The notes under the pieces: generated by a model | The model's database searches: none | Told to the model about the DNA's origin: nothing | What the model saw: only the letters and a program-made list of their open reading frames with translations | Program-made: the position numbers and the translations under genes | NCBI GenBank assembly: GCA_030390025.1 | Contig: CM059425.1 | Span: 176,826,001 to 176,890,000 of the forward strand | DNA: 64,000 nt | Direction: 5' to 3' | Source: Squalus acanthias | Taxonomy: Eukaryota | Part shown: one piece after another, positions 27,563-41,282 of the stretch | How the letters are laid out: every line of letters starts with the position of its first letter | How positions within the stretch are numbered: the stretch's first letter is position 1

Positions 27563-28550
27563 GAACACACAAGGAAGATGGTTGTGGTTGTTGGAGGCCA
27601 ATCATCTCAGCTCCAGGATGTTGCTGCAGAAGTTCCTCAGCATCCTAGGCCCAACTATCTTCAGCCACTTCCTTCTATCATAAGGGCAAAAGGTCCTTGT
27701 TCGCTGATGACTGCAGTGGTTTCAGCTCCATTTGCAATTCCTCAGATAATGAAGCAGTCCATGTCTGCATGCAGCAAGACATGGACAACATCCAGGCTTG
27801 GGTTCATTAGTGGCAAGTAACATTCGCAGCACACAAGTGCCAGGTAATGACCATTTCCAAGGAGAGAGAGCCTACCCACCTCCCCTTGACATTCAATAAG
27901 TCCCCCACCATCAACATCCTGGGGGTCACCATTGAGCAGAAACTCAACTGGGCCAGCCACATAAATGCCATGGCTACTAGAGCAGGTCAGAGGTTGGGTA
28001 TTCTGGGCCAAGTGGCTCACCTCGTGATTCCCCAAGTCCTCTTCACCTCCTACAAGATGCAAATCAGGACTGTGGTGGAATACTCTCCACTTGCCTTGAT
28101 GGGTGCAGCTGCAATAACATTCAAGAAGCTCAACACCCTCCAGGACAAAGCAATCCACTTGATTTTCACCTCATCCACTAGCCTAAACATCCATTCCCTC
28201 CACCATCAATGTACCGTAGCTGTTATGCGTATCATCAACAGGATGCACTCACCAAGGCTTCTTTGGTAACACCTCCCAAACCCGTAACCTCCACCTAGAA
28301 GGACAAGGGCAGCAAATGCATGCAAACATCATCACCTCCAAGGTTCCCTCCAAGTCACACACCATGCTGACTTGGACATATATTCACGTTCCTTCATTCT
28401 TGCTGGGTCAAAAACCTGGAACTCCCTCCCTAACAGCACTGTGGTGGCACCTTCATCACACGGACTGCATGGTTCTAGAAGAAAGGCAACTAGGGATGGA
28501 CAATAGATGCCATTCTTTCCAGCAACCCCCACAAACTGTAAATTAATTTT
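27563..28550 (+). mobile_element. CR1-clade family B LINE fragment
   Basis: ORF 27847-28269 (SPTINILGVTI...EYSPLA); family B tail. Confidence 0.85.
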
Positions 28551-28602
28551 TAAAAGATTGACATCAATGGCTCCATGGGGAATCAGCATTACACCAGACT
28601 AA

Positions 28603-29493
28603 GGGGGAAAAATTCAGTTGGTTGCGCCTCCCGTTAGCGCCTTAAGAGGGCGCTAATGGGGCGCAAAGCAGCTAGCGCCCAGGCGCAGCGATGTTTGCAC
28701 CGCTCGCGAACTTAACTAGACATTTTGCGGCGGCACTAAACACTACCGCCACGATCTCCTGCGCCGGCAGATCGTGACGTCAGTCGAGTGTGCAACGCCC
28801 CGGTATCGCCCCGGAGCGGATATTGAGTGGCGCCCCCTGCCTTACCGCCTGACGCTAGCAACGACAGGTTGAGGGGAGCGTTCTGCAGTCATGAAGGGAC
28901 TGGGGGAGCGCTATTTAAAGGTGACTGCTTCCTGCCTTTTATTGTTGGTGCCATTTTTGAACTACGCATTCTGAGAGAGAGAGAGAGACATCTGGAGAGA
29001 TTCAACGCTGTGTGAAGGAGTTTTGGGTACTGAGCAGCACTTTGCAGGTTCATTTTGATTTGCCATTCCTTGTATCGATTTAGAAGAGACTGTTGGGGCT
29101 GCACTCTAAGCTCTTTCCCTGGTACTCTCCATTGTTCTTTCCAGCAGATTTGATGTGCAGGTCTCTCCAGGCCGGGATTCAAGGCTGCAATGAGCAGGAT
29201 GTGGATGGAAAGCAAGATCAACCATCCCCTTTAAGAACAGGCCGGTGCCATTGAGTATGTGTTCCATTGCTGACTAACATCACATGAGCTTCGCCAGCGC
29301 TCTGAGTTAGCGCCTCGCTCCTCGGCCTTTGTGCCTTAAGACAGGTGTGAAGTGCCTGATTTAGCGCTCCAATCACCTCAGGGGTCGATAAAAGTGAAGT
29401 TTCCAGTCAGTGGCGATAATTAGCGCCAGGCGCTAATTTTTGCGCCTGGACGATATTTGCGCCCCAAACGGGGCGCGACTGAATTTTTCCCCC
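28603..29493. mobile_element. PIF/Harbinger-type MITE or non-autonomous element
   Basis: Perfect 16-bp TIR gggggaaaaattcagt / actgaatttttccccc; TAA target duplication (28600-28602, 29494-29496). Confidence 0.92.
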
Positions 29494-29604
29494 TAAGACT
29501 TCTATAGAACAACTGAGTTTTCAATATTAGAGCAATTACAATTACAAGGGGGCACAGTAAGGACTCTATACTAAGATCATCCCACATTATAACCGGTTAC
29601 AAGG

Positions 29605-30215
29605 TATAGAATCATAGAATGATACAGCACAGAAGGGGACCATTCGGCCCATTGTGCCTGTGCTGGCTCTATGAAAGAGCTATCCAATTAATCCCACTCC
29701 CCTGCTCTTTCCCCATCGTCCTGCAAAATTTTCCCCTTCAAGGATCTATCCAATTCCCTTTTGAAAGTTATTGAATCTGCTTCCAACAACAACAACAACT
29801 TGTATTTGTATAGTGCCTTTAACGTAGTAAAATGTCCCAAGGCGCTGCACAGGAGTATAAGACAAAAAATTTGACACCGATCCACATAAGGATAAATTAG
29901 GGCAGATGACCAAAAGCTTGGTCAAAGAGGTATGTTTTAAGGAGTGTCTTAAAGGAGGAAAGAGAGGTAGCGAGGCGGACAGGTTTAGGCAGGGAATTCC
30001 AGAGCTTAGGGCCTAGACAACAGAAGGCACGGCCACCAAAGATTGAGCGATTATAATCAGGGATCCTCAAGAGGGTTCTTTCCATCACCTTTTCAGGCAG
30101 TGCATTCCAGATCATAACAACTTGTTGTGAATGTCTTTTCCTCACGCCACCTCTGGTTCTTTTGCCAATTATCTTACATCTGTGTCCTCTGGTTACCGTA
30201 CCTTCTGCCACTGGA
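29605..30215 (-). mobile_element. CR1 3' end with a nested L2 3' fragment (about 29785-30072)
   Basis: atagaatc tail; the L2 part encodes GGRAFCCLGPKLWNSLP...FKTLLKTYLF and has an (aac)n tail. Confidence 0.8.
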
Positions 30216-30629
30216 AATATCCAACTGAAGTGATTAAAGTGTAGCTGTTCAATCAAAGCCCTACTTCTCCTGTTGCCAAAAAGAAGGATATGTTAAGGAT
30301 AGGGTCATGTATTGACAAGTTGCTCATGGGTGTTTCATTAAGTTGACAGCTTGGTGTGTGCTTCTTCATATTACCTCACACGCCACAATATCACAGCTTG
30401 CTTTAATTTAAATCATAGGACAGCTGTGTCACTGCTTAAATACTAGAAAGATTCCCAGTTATGAATGAGTAAGTACACATTTAAATTAATGAACAAATGG
30501 TCACTCATTACTTTTTGGGGGCATTTAAATATGGTTTATATAACTTGTAGTAATATCCATTAACATACCATATCTGTGAGATGCATCATCAGCATTAAAT
30601 AAGGAGCATATGTCCTTTAAATATATATA

Positions 30630-31762
30630 GGTGATTTTTGATGGCTCCTTCAGGCACAGAAGACCCTCCGAGGTGTCCAAAATGGGGTCTTGAGCTGAAA
30701 CACTGGTTTAGCCCGCGTTTAGCGCGAGGCGCTGTTTTGGTACATGGGGTTGAAGCTTGCGCTAGGAATGGCCACTCAGAGGATCGTTAAGGGGCTGATT
30801 GCCACTTAAATTGCCTGCTAGCACTCATTAAGGAGGCTGCACGGCATTTTGGTGGATAGCGCTTGACCAAACGGCCTCTCCTAACAGCAACCAACTGAGG
30901 ATTTTGAGCGCTACTTAATGGTATATCACCTTTCACTGTTCACTTGCTACTAAAGGTTTGAAGAGGACTTTTGAAACACACCAGGAGACTTTCTGGGACA
31001 CTTTGTCAAGACTTCACCAACACTCTATTAACATTTATTCTGGAATTTCTCTGAGGACTTCACCTATAAAGAGTGAGTGCTGTGCTTCTCTATCTTATTG
31101 AAAGAAAGACTTACATTTATATAGCACCTTTCACAACGACTGGACGTCTCAAAGCACTTTACAGCTAATGAAGTACTTTTGGAGTATAGTCACTGTTGTA
31201 TTGGACATCTTATAGGAGTCACCAGGAGAAAGGGAGTGCTTGATCATGGGCATCTTGCTCGGGGCCCCCCTTGGTCTGCAGGAGGAATGGGTGAAGGACA
31301 TGAGACCAGGCAAAGCAGCACCAGCTGCTTCAGGAAAGAGGGACAGGAAGGACAGTAGGGCGAGGTGGACTCCTTCCCCCCGGGGGTACAGGACATCCCT
31401 CCTCCTCTGGACCTCCTCCACAAGGACCTCCAGAGCTGTGTCTGAGAACCTGTGCACCCTCTCCCTTGGTCCCTGAGCCATCCTGAAACCTGCCGCTGTG
31501 TGTCAGCTAGCCCACTCCAAACCTTCAGTGGAATTGGGTGCATGGAGCCCACATATACTGCTCCATAAAAATTGCGTCTAATCAGCGCTTGAGTGCTAAA
31601 CCTGCAGGTGTCTGTTTTAGCATCTTCAGGCAAGTTCAAATTATGGTAATCAGCAAATAGGACAAGAATTGTGTACTAAAACAAGACTTTCAAACAGGCA
31701 TATCTTATTAGCACAGCACCCATTTAGCACCTGTTTTCACCCTTTCACCAAAATAATCCGCC
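30630..31762. mobile_element. Deleted Harbinger element (Myb exon on -, 31370-31481) with a SINE tail insert (31100-31200)
   Basis: MAQGPRERVHRFSDTALEVLVEEVQRRRDVLYP; the reverse-strand SINE tail matches 16630-16725. Confidence 0.6.
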
Positions 31763-33217
31763 ATTGTGTCCAATTTTCTAATCCCAGTAAAATAGGCTTC
31801 TACTGGCCCAAACCTTAGGTCCACCCGTAACATGGGTTTGGGGGGTGGGCTGCATTCAACTTTCCAAATATGCTTTTTGCCCCCTATTTTGACTAGGTGG
31901 CTGGTGAACTAGGCCTGCACCAGTCTTAGCTGGGGATCGGAAGATTAGGCACAGGAGCATTTATCAAGTGTTGCAGCTCACCACAAAAGGGAAGTTATGG
32001 GGATAGTAATGTTCCCTAATTGTTCACAATAGTAGAGTGGAGACATGTGGCGAATACTGCTCCCTTTAATGCTGTAGGTCTGGAGGTCCTGCTTCAAAAG
32101 GTCCCCTTGAGGAGAATGGTCCTATGGGCATATAAAACCAGGAAAAACGCAGGTGCCAGTTGAATGGATGATATGGTCAACACCGGAGTTAATGCAGTCA
32201 CCCAGCTTCTCTTGTATCTGGCTGCAAATGCGTTATTATGTGATATACTCTCACAAGTATGCTCCTCACTTTAGCACACATTTCTTGGGAGGTATATGAA
32301 GCATGGCACAAATATAAGTTGGAAATTCACCAACCCTGTGGGAAACACCATTTCAAGCACTGTACACAATTAATATCCTGTTGCACACACATTTTGATTG
32401 TGCCCAGGCTGCATAGCATATTTTTTCTTGCAGGTGGAGCTGGTTCAATTAATGTCAAGAGAGAGCATTTAGATAAGGAAAAGGAGGCAAGGATAGAGTT
32501 TTGGGGCATACATGAGGTGACCATGTGGGGCAGGAGGTTAAGTTATTGTAGGAGGTATGCTGGCTTCGCTGAAAATGGCAGGAGTGGAACCAGGCTAGCA
32601 GTGTTGCCCACATGTCTCCACGGTGCCATTATGACCAATTTATTTACTTTTCTGTCCCCACCACAACTTCTGCTTTAGTGGTTAGTTGCAGCCCTTTAAG
32701 AGCTGCTGCCCTTTAAGAGTTGCTGCCTCACTGGATTTTTCCAACATCCAGCCAAGTGTAATATAGCCCAAGCTCTCTGGGCAAGCTTTCCCTGTGCCTG
32801 TAGCCTACTGAAATTAGAGGTGATGGAACTCCCATTATCAGAAGATCAGGATTTAAATATTTTTTTAATTTTGCATTTTGTCCTCCTGGTCCCTCTTCTG
32901 AAAGCAGTGATTTGTGGTGGGGGTATTTTCTATGGGCAGCATTCTTCATAGATAGCCTAGTTCGAGAGTGTAGCCTATTTGATGTGGGAAATATAAAAGC
33001 CTGGTCTAATCCCGTTCTTGTGATCAGAGTTATCGGGGATCACAAGACAGCCTTCAGGACCAGGACCAGGACCCTGGTGCTTTTTCTCTTCTTAGCCCAA
33101 AGAAGCTGAAAAAGAAAAGCGTTCACCATCAACCCAGCTGAGATCAAGTAAGTCAGGGCATACGAGTGACTTACAAACCTCGGAAATTCCTAGTCTGTAG
33201 GACTCAATACCATACCC

Positions 33218-33932
33218 TGGGGTGGATTTTAATTTGTGGCGGATTTTAACTTGGAGCGGGTATCCGCTGGGAGTTAATTCCCCCTGACCAGCGGCAGCAG
33301 GAGACCACGGCAATTTACACCACGGCACCTCATTTAAATGAGGCACTAAATCAAGCACTACCACGCAGGAGGAGCGGTAGAGGTGCAGTGCTGCCGGGAT
33401 CCGAGGCTCCTTCCCTCTCTTAAAGGGAACGGCCATCGCTGCAGGCTCTGCATTTCAACGATGTCCCTCGTCGCTGACGGCAGCTGGAATCCGCGACGAT
33501 CAGCCCCAAGCACTCTAACAGAGTGCAGGGCTGATCAATCGCGGCAGTTAAAAATTTTCAAACGGCATCCTAAGGGATGGAGACAAATTTTTTCTGCAGA
33601 CCAGCGGCCTTACCTTTAATTACCGCTCCCGAAGCACCCGGCCTCCTGAACAACGCCTCCTGCAGCTGTCGGTGTTATCGCCCGGCAATGCTGCAGAGGG
33701 CGGAACTGAATTTTGGGTCCGTGGTGTTACCGGGGCGCTGCGCAGCGCAATGACGTCACGATCTCCGGGCGCAGGAGATCGTGGTGCTAGGTGTTACCGC
33801 CACCGCAAACCTCCAGGTGAATTTCGCGGGCGGCAGTACTATCGCTGCGCCCGGGCTGTATGTCGTTAGCACCCCGTTATCGCCCCCCAGAGGCACCAAC
33901 AGGAGGCGCAAAGGAGGCAAATTTCTCGCCCA
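33218..33932. mobile_element. GC/CpG-rich MITE related to 8849-9610
   Basis: Sharp GC-rich island; 33690-33930 resembles 9360-9610; G-rich/aaattt-type termini. Confidence 0.65.
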
Positions 33933-34446
33933 ATGCATGTACGTTTTCTTATTGGTCTATTCCAGTAAATTAAGGTGTATTGGCTTTTTCCAGTATAGCA
34001 CTTTACCCTCCACTTATTTTAAAACTCTGACAGCCTTTTATTCAATCAAAGCGTAATAGCTGAATAGAAAGCGCCTGATCTTGTTAATGCCTATCCGATA
34101 TTGACAGAGGTTTCAGATGTGGCTTAATATAGTTATAGCTGTCTCAGTTCCAATCAGACAGCAAGATTTAAATTGTATAATCTTTCGGATGCGCTGAGAC
34201 AAGATTCATCCAAGGAGCCACATTATTAATTATTTGAGTGTAATTCAAAATCTGCAGTGAACTGTGACCGGGGATGGGATAGCAATCCCAAAGTGGAAGG
34301 TTCACAATTGTTGTGCCAGATTCCTCATATACTAAAATAACACACTTCGGACTTCACATCAGGCTTTGGCTTAATTCTTGACAGGTGGATTATTATTGTT
34401 GTCATGTAAAGAAATGGAAAAGCAGCAGGAAAAAATTAGAAATGAA

Positions 34447-35465
34447 AGGGGGAATTTTAACTCCCAGGTGGGAGGCCGGCGGAACGCACAGGCAGACAGC
34501 GCGGGAGTTGCAGGGGCTCAAATAATTTTTTTGGCCAAGAGGACACTGTGATGGTCAGTAACAGAGGGAAGGTAAGGTGTGGGACAAATGTTGAAAGTGG
34601 AATTGGGGTTGTCACTGGTACCGCAGGTGGATGATTCAATCCCGAATATCCTGGCCACAAAGGGGCTGTCTGGGTTGCATCCTTCCTTCTGCTTTTTCTT
34701 CTTCTGCTTCCTCCTCCCTCTGTGAGCAGCTTGGCCCCTTTGCTGCCTCTGCTTCATCTCCATGTGCCCCCCAGGACTGTGACCAAGTGGTCTTCTCAGA
34801 GGCAAAGTACTGCAGATGCTGTAAACCTGAAATAAAAACAGAAAATGCCGCAAATACTCAGTAGATCAGGCAGTATCTGTGGAGAGAGAGAAACAGAGTT
34901 AACGTCATTGACCTGAAATGTTAACTCTGTTTCTCTCTCCATAGATGCTGCCTGACCTGCTGAACATTTCCAGCATTTTCTGCCTTTCAGAGGCCTTCCT
35001 TTACCATCTGAGGCCTTGCAAGCATCCAGCAATACTCCCTACACACTTTAAGAACGTTATAAATGTATTGCACCAAGCCACTACTTCAATAAAATAAAAG
35101 AGTCCAAAAGCTGAAATCGAAACTTACCTGAAAGATGTGCTTGTTCCTTTAAGAAGTGCTGACAGCGTCTCTGCAGTACTGCTGCATGCACGTTCTTCTG
35201 TGCGTGGTGAGAAGCGAGCGTTATGGCATGCGGCAACGTCCAAAATCGCAGTCGTGCGTCAAATCAGGCGTTACATGGCGATTGACGTCACAATCTGCAT
35301 ATTTTCATTGGAGAAGTGAGTGCTGGCAACGGCAGCACTACTGACCTCTCCAAAATGGCGTCCACTGTGTCCTGCACCGGAAGCGGGTAGAAGCAAGGTG
35401 GCCACCATTTTTTTAAGAAATACGGCGTTAATGGTTGGTGCTAAGGTAGGCAATTTCCCGGCCAT
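34447..35465 (-). mobile_element. Harbinger-derived non-autonomous element (transposase C-terminal remnant)
   Basis: Acidic E-rich tail then GQDIRD*IIHLRYQ* on -; homologous to 49300-50165. Confidence 0.6.
34804..34986. mobile_element. Palindromic Penelope-like short insertion (family 2)
   Basis: Inverted arms; 8-bp TSD tcagaggc (34796-34803, 34987-34994). Confidence 0.7.
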
Positions 35466-38329
35466 GAAATCCAGACTGTTGCCATAGTAATTTGGAACGT
35501 TAATGAGGAAATAATGAGAGTCTTTGAGTATGATTCCTTGAATTTCACGTCAGGATTATTCCTCAGGGGCTGCCAGGCAGGCTGGTCATTAAATTATTTA
35601 TTTTTGCATGTTACTGTTGCTTTAGGACAATGGCAAGACTCCAGGGGTTCATTAGGTAAAATGGTCATATTATTGAGAAACATATCCAGCTATCAGCATA
35701 GATGTCAGTGTGGGGGGAATACCCATTTTGTGTTAGTTCAATCAGAATAGTCTTTTGTCCATACACAGATGGCTTGAAAGTGAGTTTTTGCCTGAAACAG
35801 CATAGAGGTTCATTCTTATTGTTTTCCATGGAATGAACAACAGGAGATTGATGTACTTCACGGTGGAAACGGTATTCTGTTCATTCATGTATTTTATGTA
35901 AAATAAACTGGAGTGCTTTTCAATCTGCATGCTAGATTATGGTAGCTGGTATATGCAACAAGTATTTTATCTCTAGATCACACTATTATTTAACTCAATA
36001 TTGGGCAATAAAGGTGTATTCTGGATCATAGGGAACATGAGGTCTGCTTACAAGAGAAACCAGTGATGTTAAACTCAAGAAAATGTCTAGCACATAACCT
36101 AGAAAATTGTAACATAGCATAACCGGTCTGCAAGCTAGATCATAAAGCCTCATGTCACTCCAACTGAAAATGACCTGTGAACTCTGGTCTTCAGCAACCT
36201 ATTCTAACCCTTCTTTCTCTTTTCCTCCTCTAGAAATGCCAGAGGAAACACAACCTGTGTATTCAGCCTTCAAAGCACGTGCTGTCACTCACTCTCCCTT
36301 TGCAAGCACCAGCTCAGAGCACACATCCTGGGGAAATTAGAGTGTACCAGAGGGGAGTGCACTGGGTGACAGAGCAGAGCAGCTGGTGGTAGATGATGAA
36401 AGGGAAGACTTTGCTGACTGAAGGGTTTGGATATCTTGCCTCTTGGCTGAAGAGCATGGAAATCCAGATCTCACAGGTCCTGCTTTTCAAAGAAGGATGC
36501 TTGCAGAGAATCAAATGCATGTGCGTGCACTGGGGACCAGGTCAGCGAGTGTGCTGGAGATGCCAGATTGAATGTTGGTGGCTACTACCTGTACGTGCAG
36601 TTTTGCTGCACTGCAGTCCATATGACAGCTCCAGGGCAATGTACAGCAAAGGCTGCCACTGCAGTGCCTCTTCCCTGGATGCTCAGACGGCTGCCATAGA
36701 GTCTAGGACTCCAGATCGAAGGGGGCTGACTCCTCTGGATTCAAAGGATTGGGGCTCGGTTGCAGACAAGCATAGCATGGGCTTGACTTATCTCATTGGT
36801 ACCAGTAGGTCTGCTTTCCTGCAGATCAGTGGTCATACAAAGGTAGTGCACTAGTGGCTTCATGATGCTGTCTTTCAAAATGGCAGTACATAGAGGTTCT
36901 TGAGCTAGCCCCCTACAATGCCTGCACATGTGGTTGAAAGGATGGAAGATCCAGACTGTCCATGCAGCAGCACAAGAGGTGCAGCCTGTGTCAGGTCTAC
37001 CCTCTCATGAGATGAGGGCCATTTCCAACCCAAGAGCCTCGAATTGTAAAGTAGCAGTGAGTCATCTCAGCCTACTTACCATCGTTGTTGTCATTTTGTG
37101 AGACGTTTACTTTTATATATTCTTTATTAGGGATTATCTAGACCCACCCCAATATGAAGCTCGAGTCAAATCACTACCCTCTATTGTAAAATACACCTGT
37201 GTTAACAATTGTCAGTGCTTCACTGTGGATGTGTGGACTCTTCCCTTTCTGATGTACTCACGCCAGTGATTTTTTTGCCTTCTATTCCACTTTAGCTTTT
37301 TAGTGGCTGATTTTGCACTTCATATATTTGTTATGGTTGAGAGATTGTTGATTCAGCTTCTGGCTAATATTTGAGGACACTTGATTATTAGAAACATGAC
37401 AAGCAGACTCCATATGGCAAAATACCAGGCAGGCTCCATGTGTTCCCAGACAGGCTGAGGATAGTACAACCAGGGTCGGCTCAATACAATACGCAACACC
37501 ACCAGACGGGTTCACCGAGTTGGACAGGCATACTATGGTGGGGGAAGATTTCCTTGAGTCTCTATGTGTTAGCGACATCCAAATCATAGCGGGAATAGTT
37601 CTTCTGATTGGTAATTCTGGCAAAATCATAAATGCATTCTTTTAAAATGCATTTGTAAATATTTAATCCATTGATATGAATATTCATGATTGAATCTAGT
37701 GTATTGTTACAGCATTATGACATAGTGAAGGTATTCAAAAAGAAGCTGCTCAAAGAGTCTCTTCAGCCAATGAGACTTCAGTTTTCATAATGAGCATGAC
37801 TGCATTTTTGACTGGTGACTGCAGCTTCTCTTACTCCGTCCTAGTAGTGATGCAATGTGGGATTCTCACACCCAATACAGTCAAAAACAACACAACACAT
37901 ACCAACTGGATTTACGTTTTTACTTTGAAAACTTTAAATAAGCCAAATGCAATCAGTCACTGCTACATATCTTAAAATAATTAAACACATCTCAACAGTA
38001 TTCTTATTTCCTTTGAAAAGGTGCGTTTCCATCAAGTTTTAAACAATTCTATTTGTACCAAAAACAAAGTGAAGCAGAGGTGAAGGAGGATGAAAGGAAG
38101 ATTTCAGAGAGCTGTAACTGTCCACTACCACTTTCTATTGTCTAATCAGTGGCTGTGTATTGCACAAAACTCTACCGAGAGCCATTCACAGGTGGAACCA
38201 CATACAGAGGTTCTTCAAGCAATGCATGCCATAAAGTGCTATAAAAAGGGGAAGCAAACTTTTTTTTTTTAAAACTGTTTTTAAATATATGGAAAAAAGC
38301 CTCCCAACAATTAAGAATTGAGAAAGAAA

Positions 38330-38681
38330 CTAGATTTTGTAGATTAATTCTTTCATTGCAATTAATTCATCCAGGTGTACAGCCCCTCCTCCCATTAGGC
38401 CAAAGGCAGGATACATCGTTCCAGAACATTCCACCCGTCTTTCGTACAGACATTGCATATTATCCGCATTGTAGAAACTCACTTTCCCTTTGTCGTAGTC
38501 CAGGCAAACACCAATCCGATTGGGCAGAGGCAGAGAGCGGTTGCAAGATTCTGTGGATGAACTGTTAGGACCTTTTGGGATGAAGAACTTCCTCATCCCT
38601 ATGGTAACAAAGGTGAAAGGTTGGGAGTGTTCCAAAGCAATATCTTCGCTCCCACTGTCGTGACCACTGTCTTGGTCATAC
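38330..38681 (-). CDS. TRIM36/TRIM46: Terminal coding exon of a TRIM36/TRIM46-subfamily E3 ligase (B30.2/SPRY C-terminus)
   Basis: ttttcacag| acceptor; translation YDQDSGHDSGSEDIALEHSQPFTFVTIGMRKFFIPK...IGVCLDYDKGKVSFY...YPAFGLMGGGAVHL; TAG stop at 38332-38330. Confidence 0.93.
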
Positions 38682-39460
38682 CTGTGAAAAACAAGAGTTT
38701 ATTTTAAAGAAGGGGAGGGACAAAAACAACAAAACTGTAAATCCATCACTGAAATTTACAGCTGTGTTTTGCAACAAAACTTAATGGTTTTCAGTTGGTG
38801 ATAAATAGGTTGACTGGAGACAAAATAGCTCTAGCAAACCTGAGACTCATTTTTAGATTATGCTGCTTTCATTTTTCAGCAGTTGCTCCAGGTAGGCTTT
38901 TGCGGGATTAATTTGATGGTTTTGTATGTATTTACTTAACTACAGTACTTTCTTTTAGCAATAACGTATTCACATTCCCCAAGCTAGAAGAATCAAAGAG
39001 AATGAAGGACAGAATCAAGCAAACAGCTCATCTCTATTACTTGCTGTATTACACCCGTAAGTATCTTATGTCTATTCTACTCTGACTGTCCATTTTGTCT
39101 TTTTTTAAACCACAGCTATTTTTATTGCAGGAGTTGGAGGGAGACGTTTAGACTATTGTCAGTAGAATCATTTAGCCATACTAATTGCACATAAAAGACA
39201 ACAGGAATACTATCAAACTGCTGCAGAAATTGTTTAACTAAAACAAACCTGTAATTGAAGGTGGAAAATATGATAAGCTGGATAGATAGTCCTGATGTTA
39301 TCACTTTGAAAGTTTTGCTGCTGTTGAGGCTAGTAACAGTTGGTGGGAGAGTATCTTACTCAGGTTACCAACAGTATGGCAGGTACAGAGTGTTTCCCAG
39401 AGGCTGTTAATATTGAAAGGCGCAGAGAGTCTCAATCAGGCTGATAATAGGATAGGGAAG

Positions 39461-39626
39461 TGTAGAATGTCTCCCTCAGGCTGGTAATAGTGTATGAATG
39501 TGTAGAATGTCTCCCTCAGGCTGGTAATAGTGTATGAATGTGTAGAATGTCTCCCTCAGGCTGGTCATAGTGTATGAATGTGTAGAATGTCTCCCTCAGG
39601 CTGGTCATAGTGTATGAATGTGTAGA
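39461..39626. repeat. 40-bp minisatellite, 4 near-perfect copies within a degenerate array (about 39330-39785)
   Basis: Unit tgtagaatgtctccctcaggctggt(a/c)atagtgtatgaatg. Confidence 0.97.
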
Positions 39627-41114
39627 GTTGTACAATTATCATGGCCAAATGTTTCGACTTAGAATATTCTCGGGTGTCTTGCTTAGGCTGGTAACAGTAT
39701 AGGAAACTGTAGAGTATCTCGCTCAGATTGAAAATATAGGGAGGTATAGAGTATCTCCCTCAGACTGCTACTAGTATAGGGAGAGTTTGGGAGCAATTTA
39801 CACTGCCCGTTTTCTGCCTGAAAAACGAGCAGCCAGCAGAGAAAAATCAGATGGAACCTTGACCAGCCCTTGGACGCCCCGGCCTGCTTGATGCAATTCT
39901 CAGGCGGGCCTGTAAATTGGACCGTGCGATACCCACCAGTTTCGGGTGGGACAGTGGAAGCACTGAAGGGTTCAGCATGCAGGATTTAATGTTAGATTGC
40001 TCTTAAAGCAAAACCAGCATGCAACAATTTGAAACCGTAGATCATAATATAATCAGGGAAAAGAGCACCTTAAACTTCTCAGATTGACATAAATATAGTT
40101 CTAGCTGAAATGGGGCACAGTGGGGGATGGAATAATGGGAGTGGGTAGCAAGAGAACTGCCAACATAGCAGCCAGGACCATGTGGAAGGAAGTGGTACAG
40201 GTAGTGAGTGGCAACTCCCTAACCCCAGGACCCCTCTGCAATGCAGGATAACGTTTAATAACCATACGAGGTCAGGGAAGGTATGTGTTATGGCTACAAG
40301 CTGCCGTTAATGTATACTTTGTACATTTCAGACAGTGGACTTATATTTACCCTAACAGTACATTCATAAACCTAGCATTAAAGATACCTCCTTACACTTG
40401 CTATCCTCTTCAAATCGCAAGACTTTGATTGTTTCTTCCTTCATCCAGCTCTATATTTCATTGGGTCAAATTCTAGGCTAGCATTAGTAGGGGCTATAGT
40501 ACTAATTAATAATTGACAAGATTTGAGGTATTTTACTTTTATATTCCATCTGTGCAGCAATTCTAAAAGACAATAGCCATTTAATTCAGTACAATAGTGT
40601 GGGTAATGGTAATTGCCACATTCATTTTAGTAGTGCTCTGGACCAATTATTGACATTTTTTTGAATTCTTTTTACAGATTGCTTGATACAAGTGGAAAGT
40701 ATTTCCATGTGTCAGACTACTGTGCTGTGCATGTTAATCCAAAACACTGAAAAAAAACTCGCTTAATAATCTTCCCTGCATTGTTACACTGGAACTGATC
40801 CAAAAGCGAAAGTCTGAAGATGCACTAGGATTCCATACTATCAAGGAGCCCCTGCAGTTTGGCCATTTTATTGATTTGTTAACACAGAAAATGCTTTCTC
40901 ATTCTAATTGAAAGGATGGTGAATGCCAACATCGTTTACACAATTGGCTGGCAGCAGCTTTGAACAGTCCAGCACAAGTCATGAAGCATTTTATGCTGCA
41001 TTGCAGCATGTGTGCCATGGGTGTCCTTGTAAAACTACTGCGTAGCACTCGGGACACCAAGGGCTCTCGCCCACATCAAACCAAGATAACAACACCAAAT
41101 GTTCCACAAGACAA

Positions 41115-41282
41115 GGGGGTAGAGATCTTGACTTTGTGCGATAGTGTAAAATCTCTCCCGATTTATTATTTCCATTCACTTAATTGAAGTCAATGGTAAG
41201 GAGAATTGGGTGGGATATAAAATGGGCTGCCGACTAGCTATCACCCATTTCACGCTTTCGTTGAAGACCAATTTCACTGCCA
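41115..41282. mobile_element. Small degenerate MITE
   Basis: Imperfect inverted ends gggggtagagat... / ...aatttcactgcc and an internal ttccatt...aatgg hairpin. Confidence 0.5.

Noticed and set aside
37123..37128. Poly(A) signal of the TRIM gene (AATAAA on -)
   Set aside because: Plausible, about 1.2 kb after the stop, but it cannot be distinguished from chance in AT-rich DNA without transcript data
39461..39626. CRISPR-like array
   Set aside because: Contiguous tandem units with no unique spacers, eukaryotic context, no cas genes
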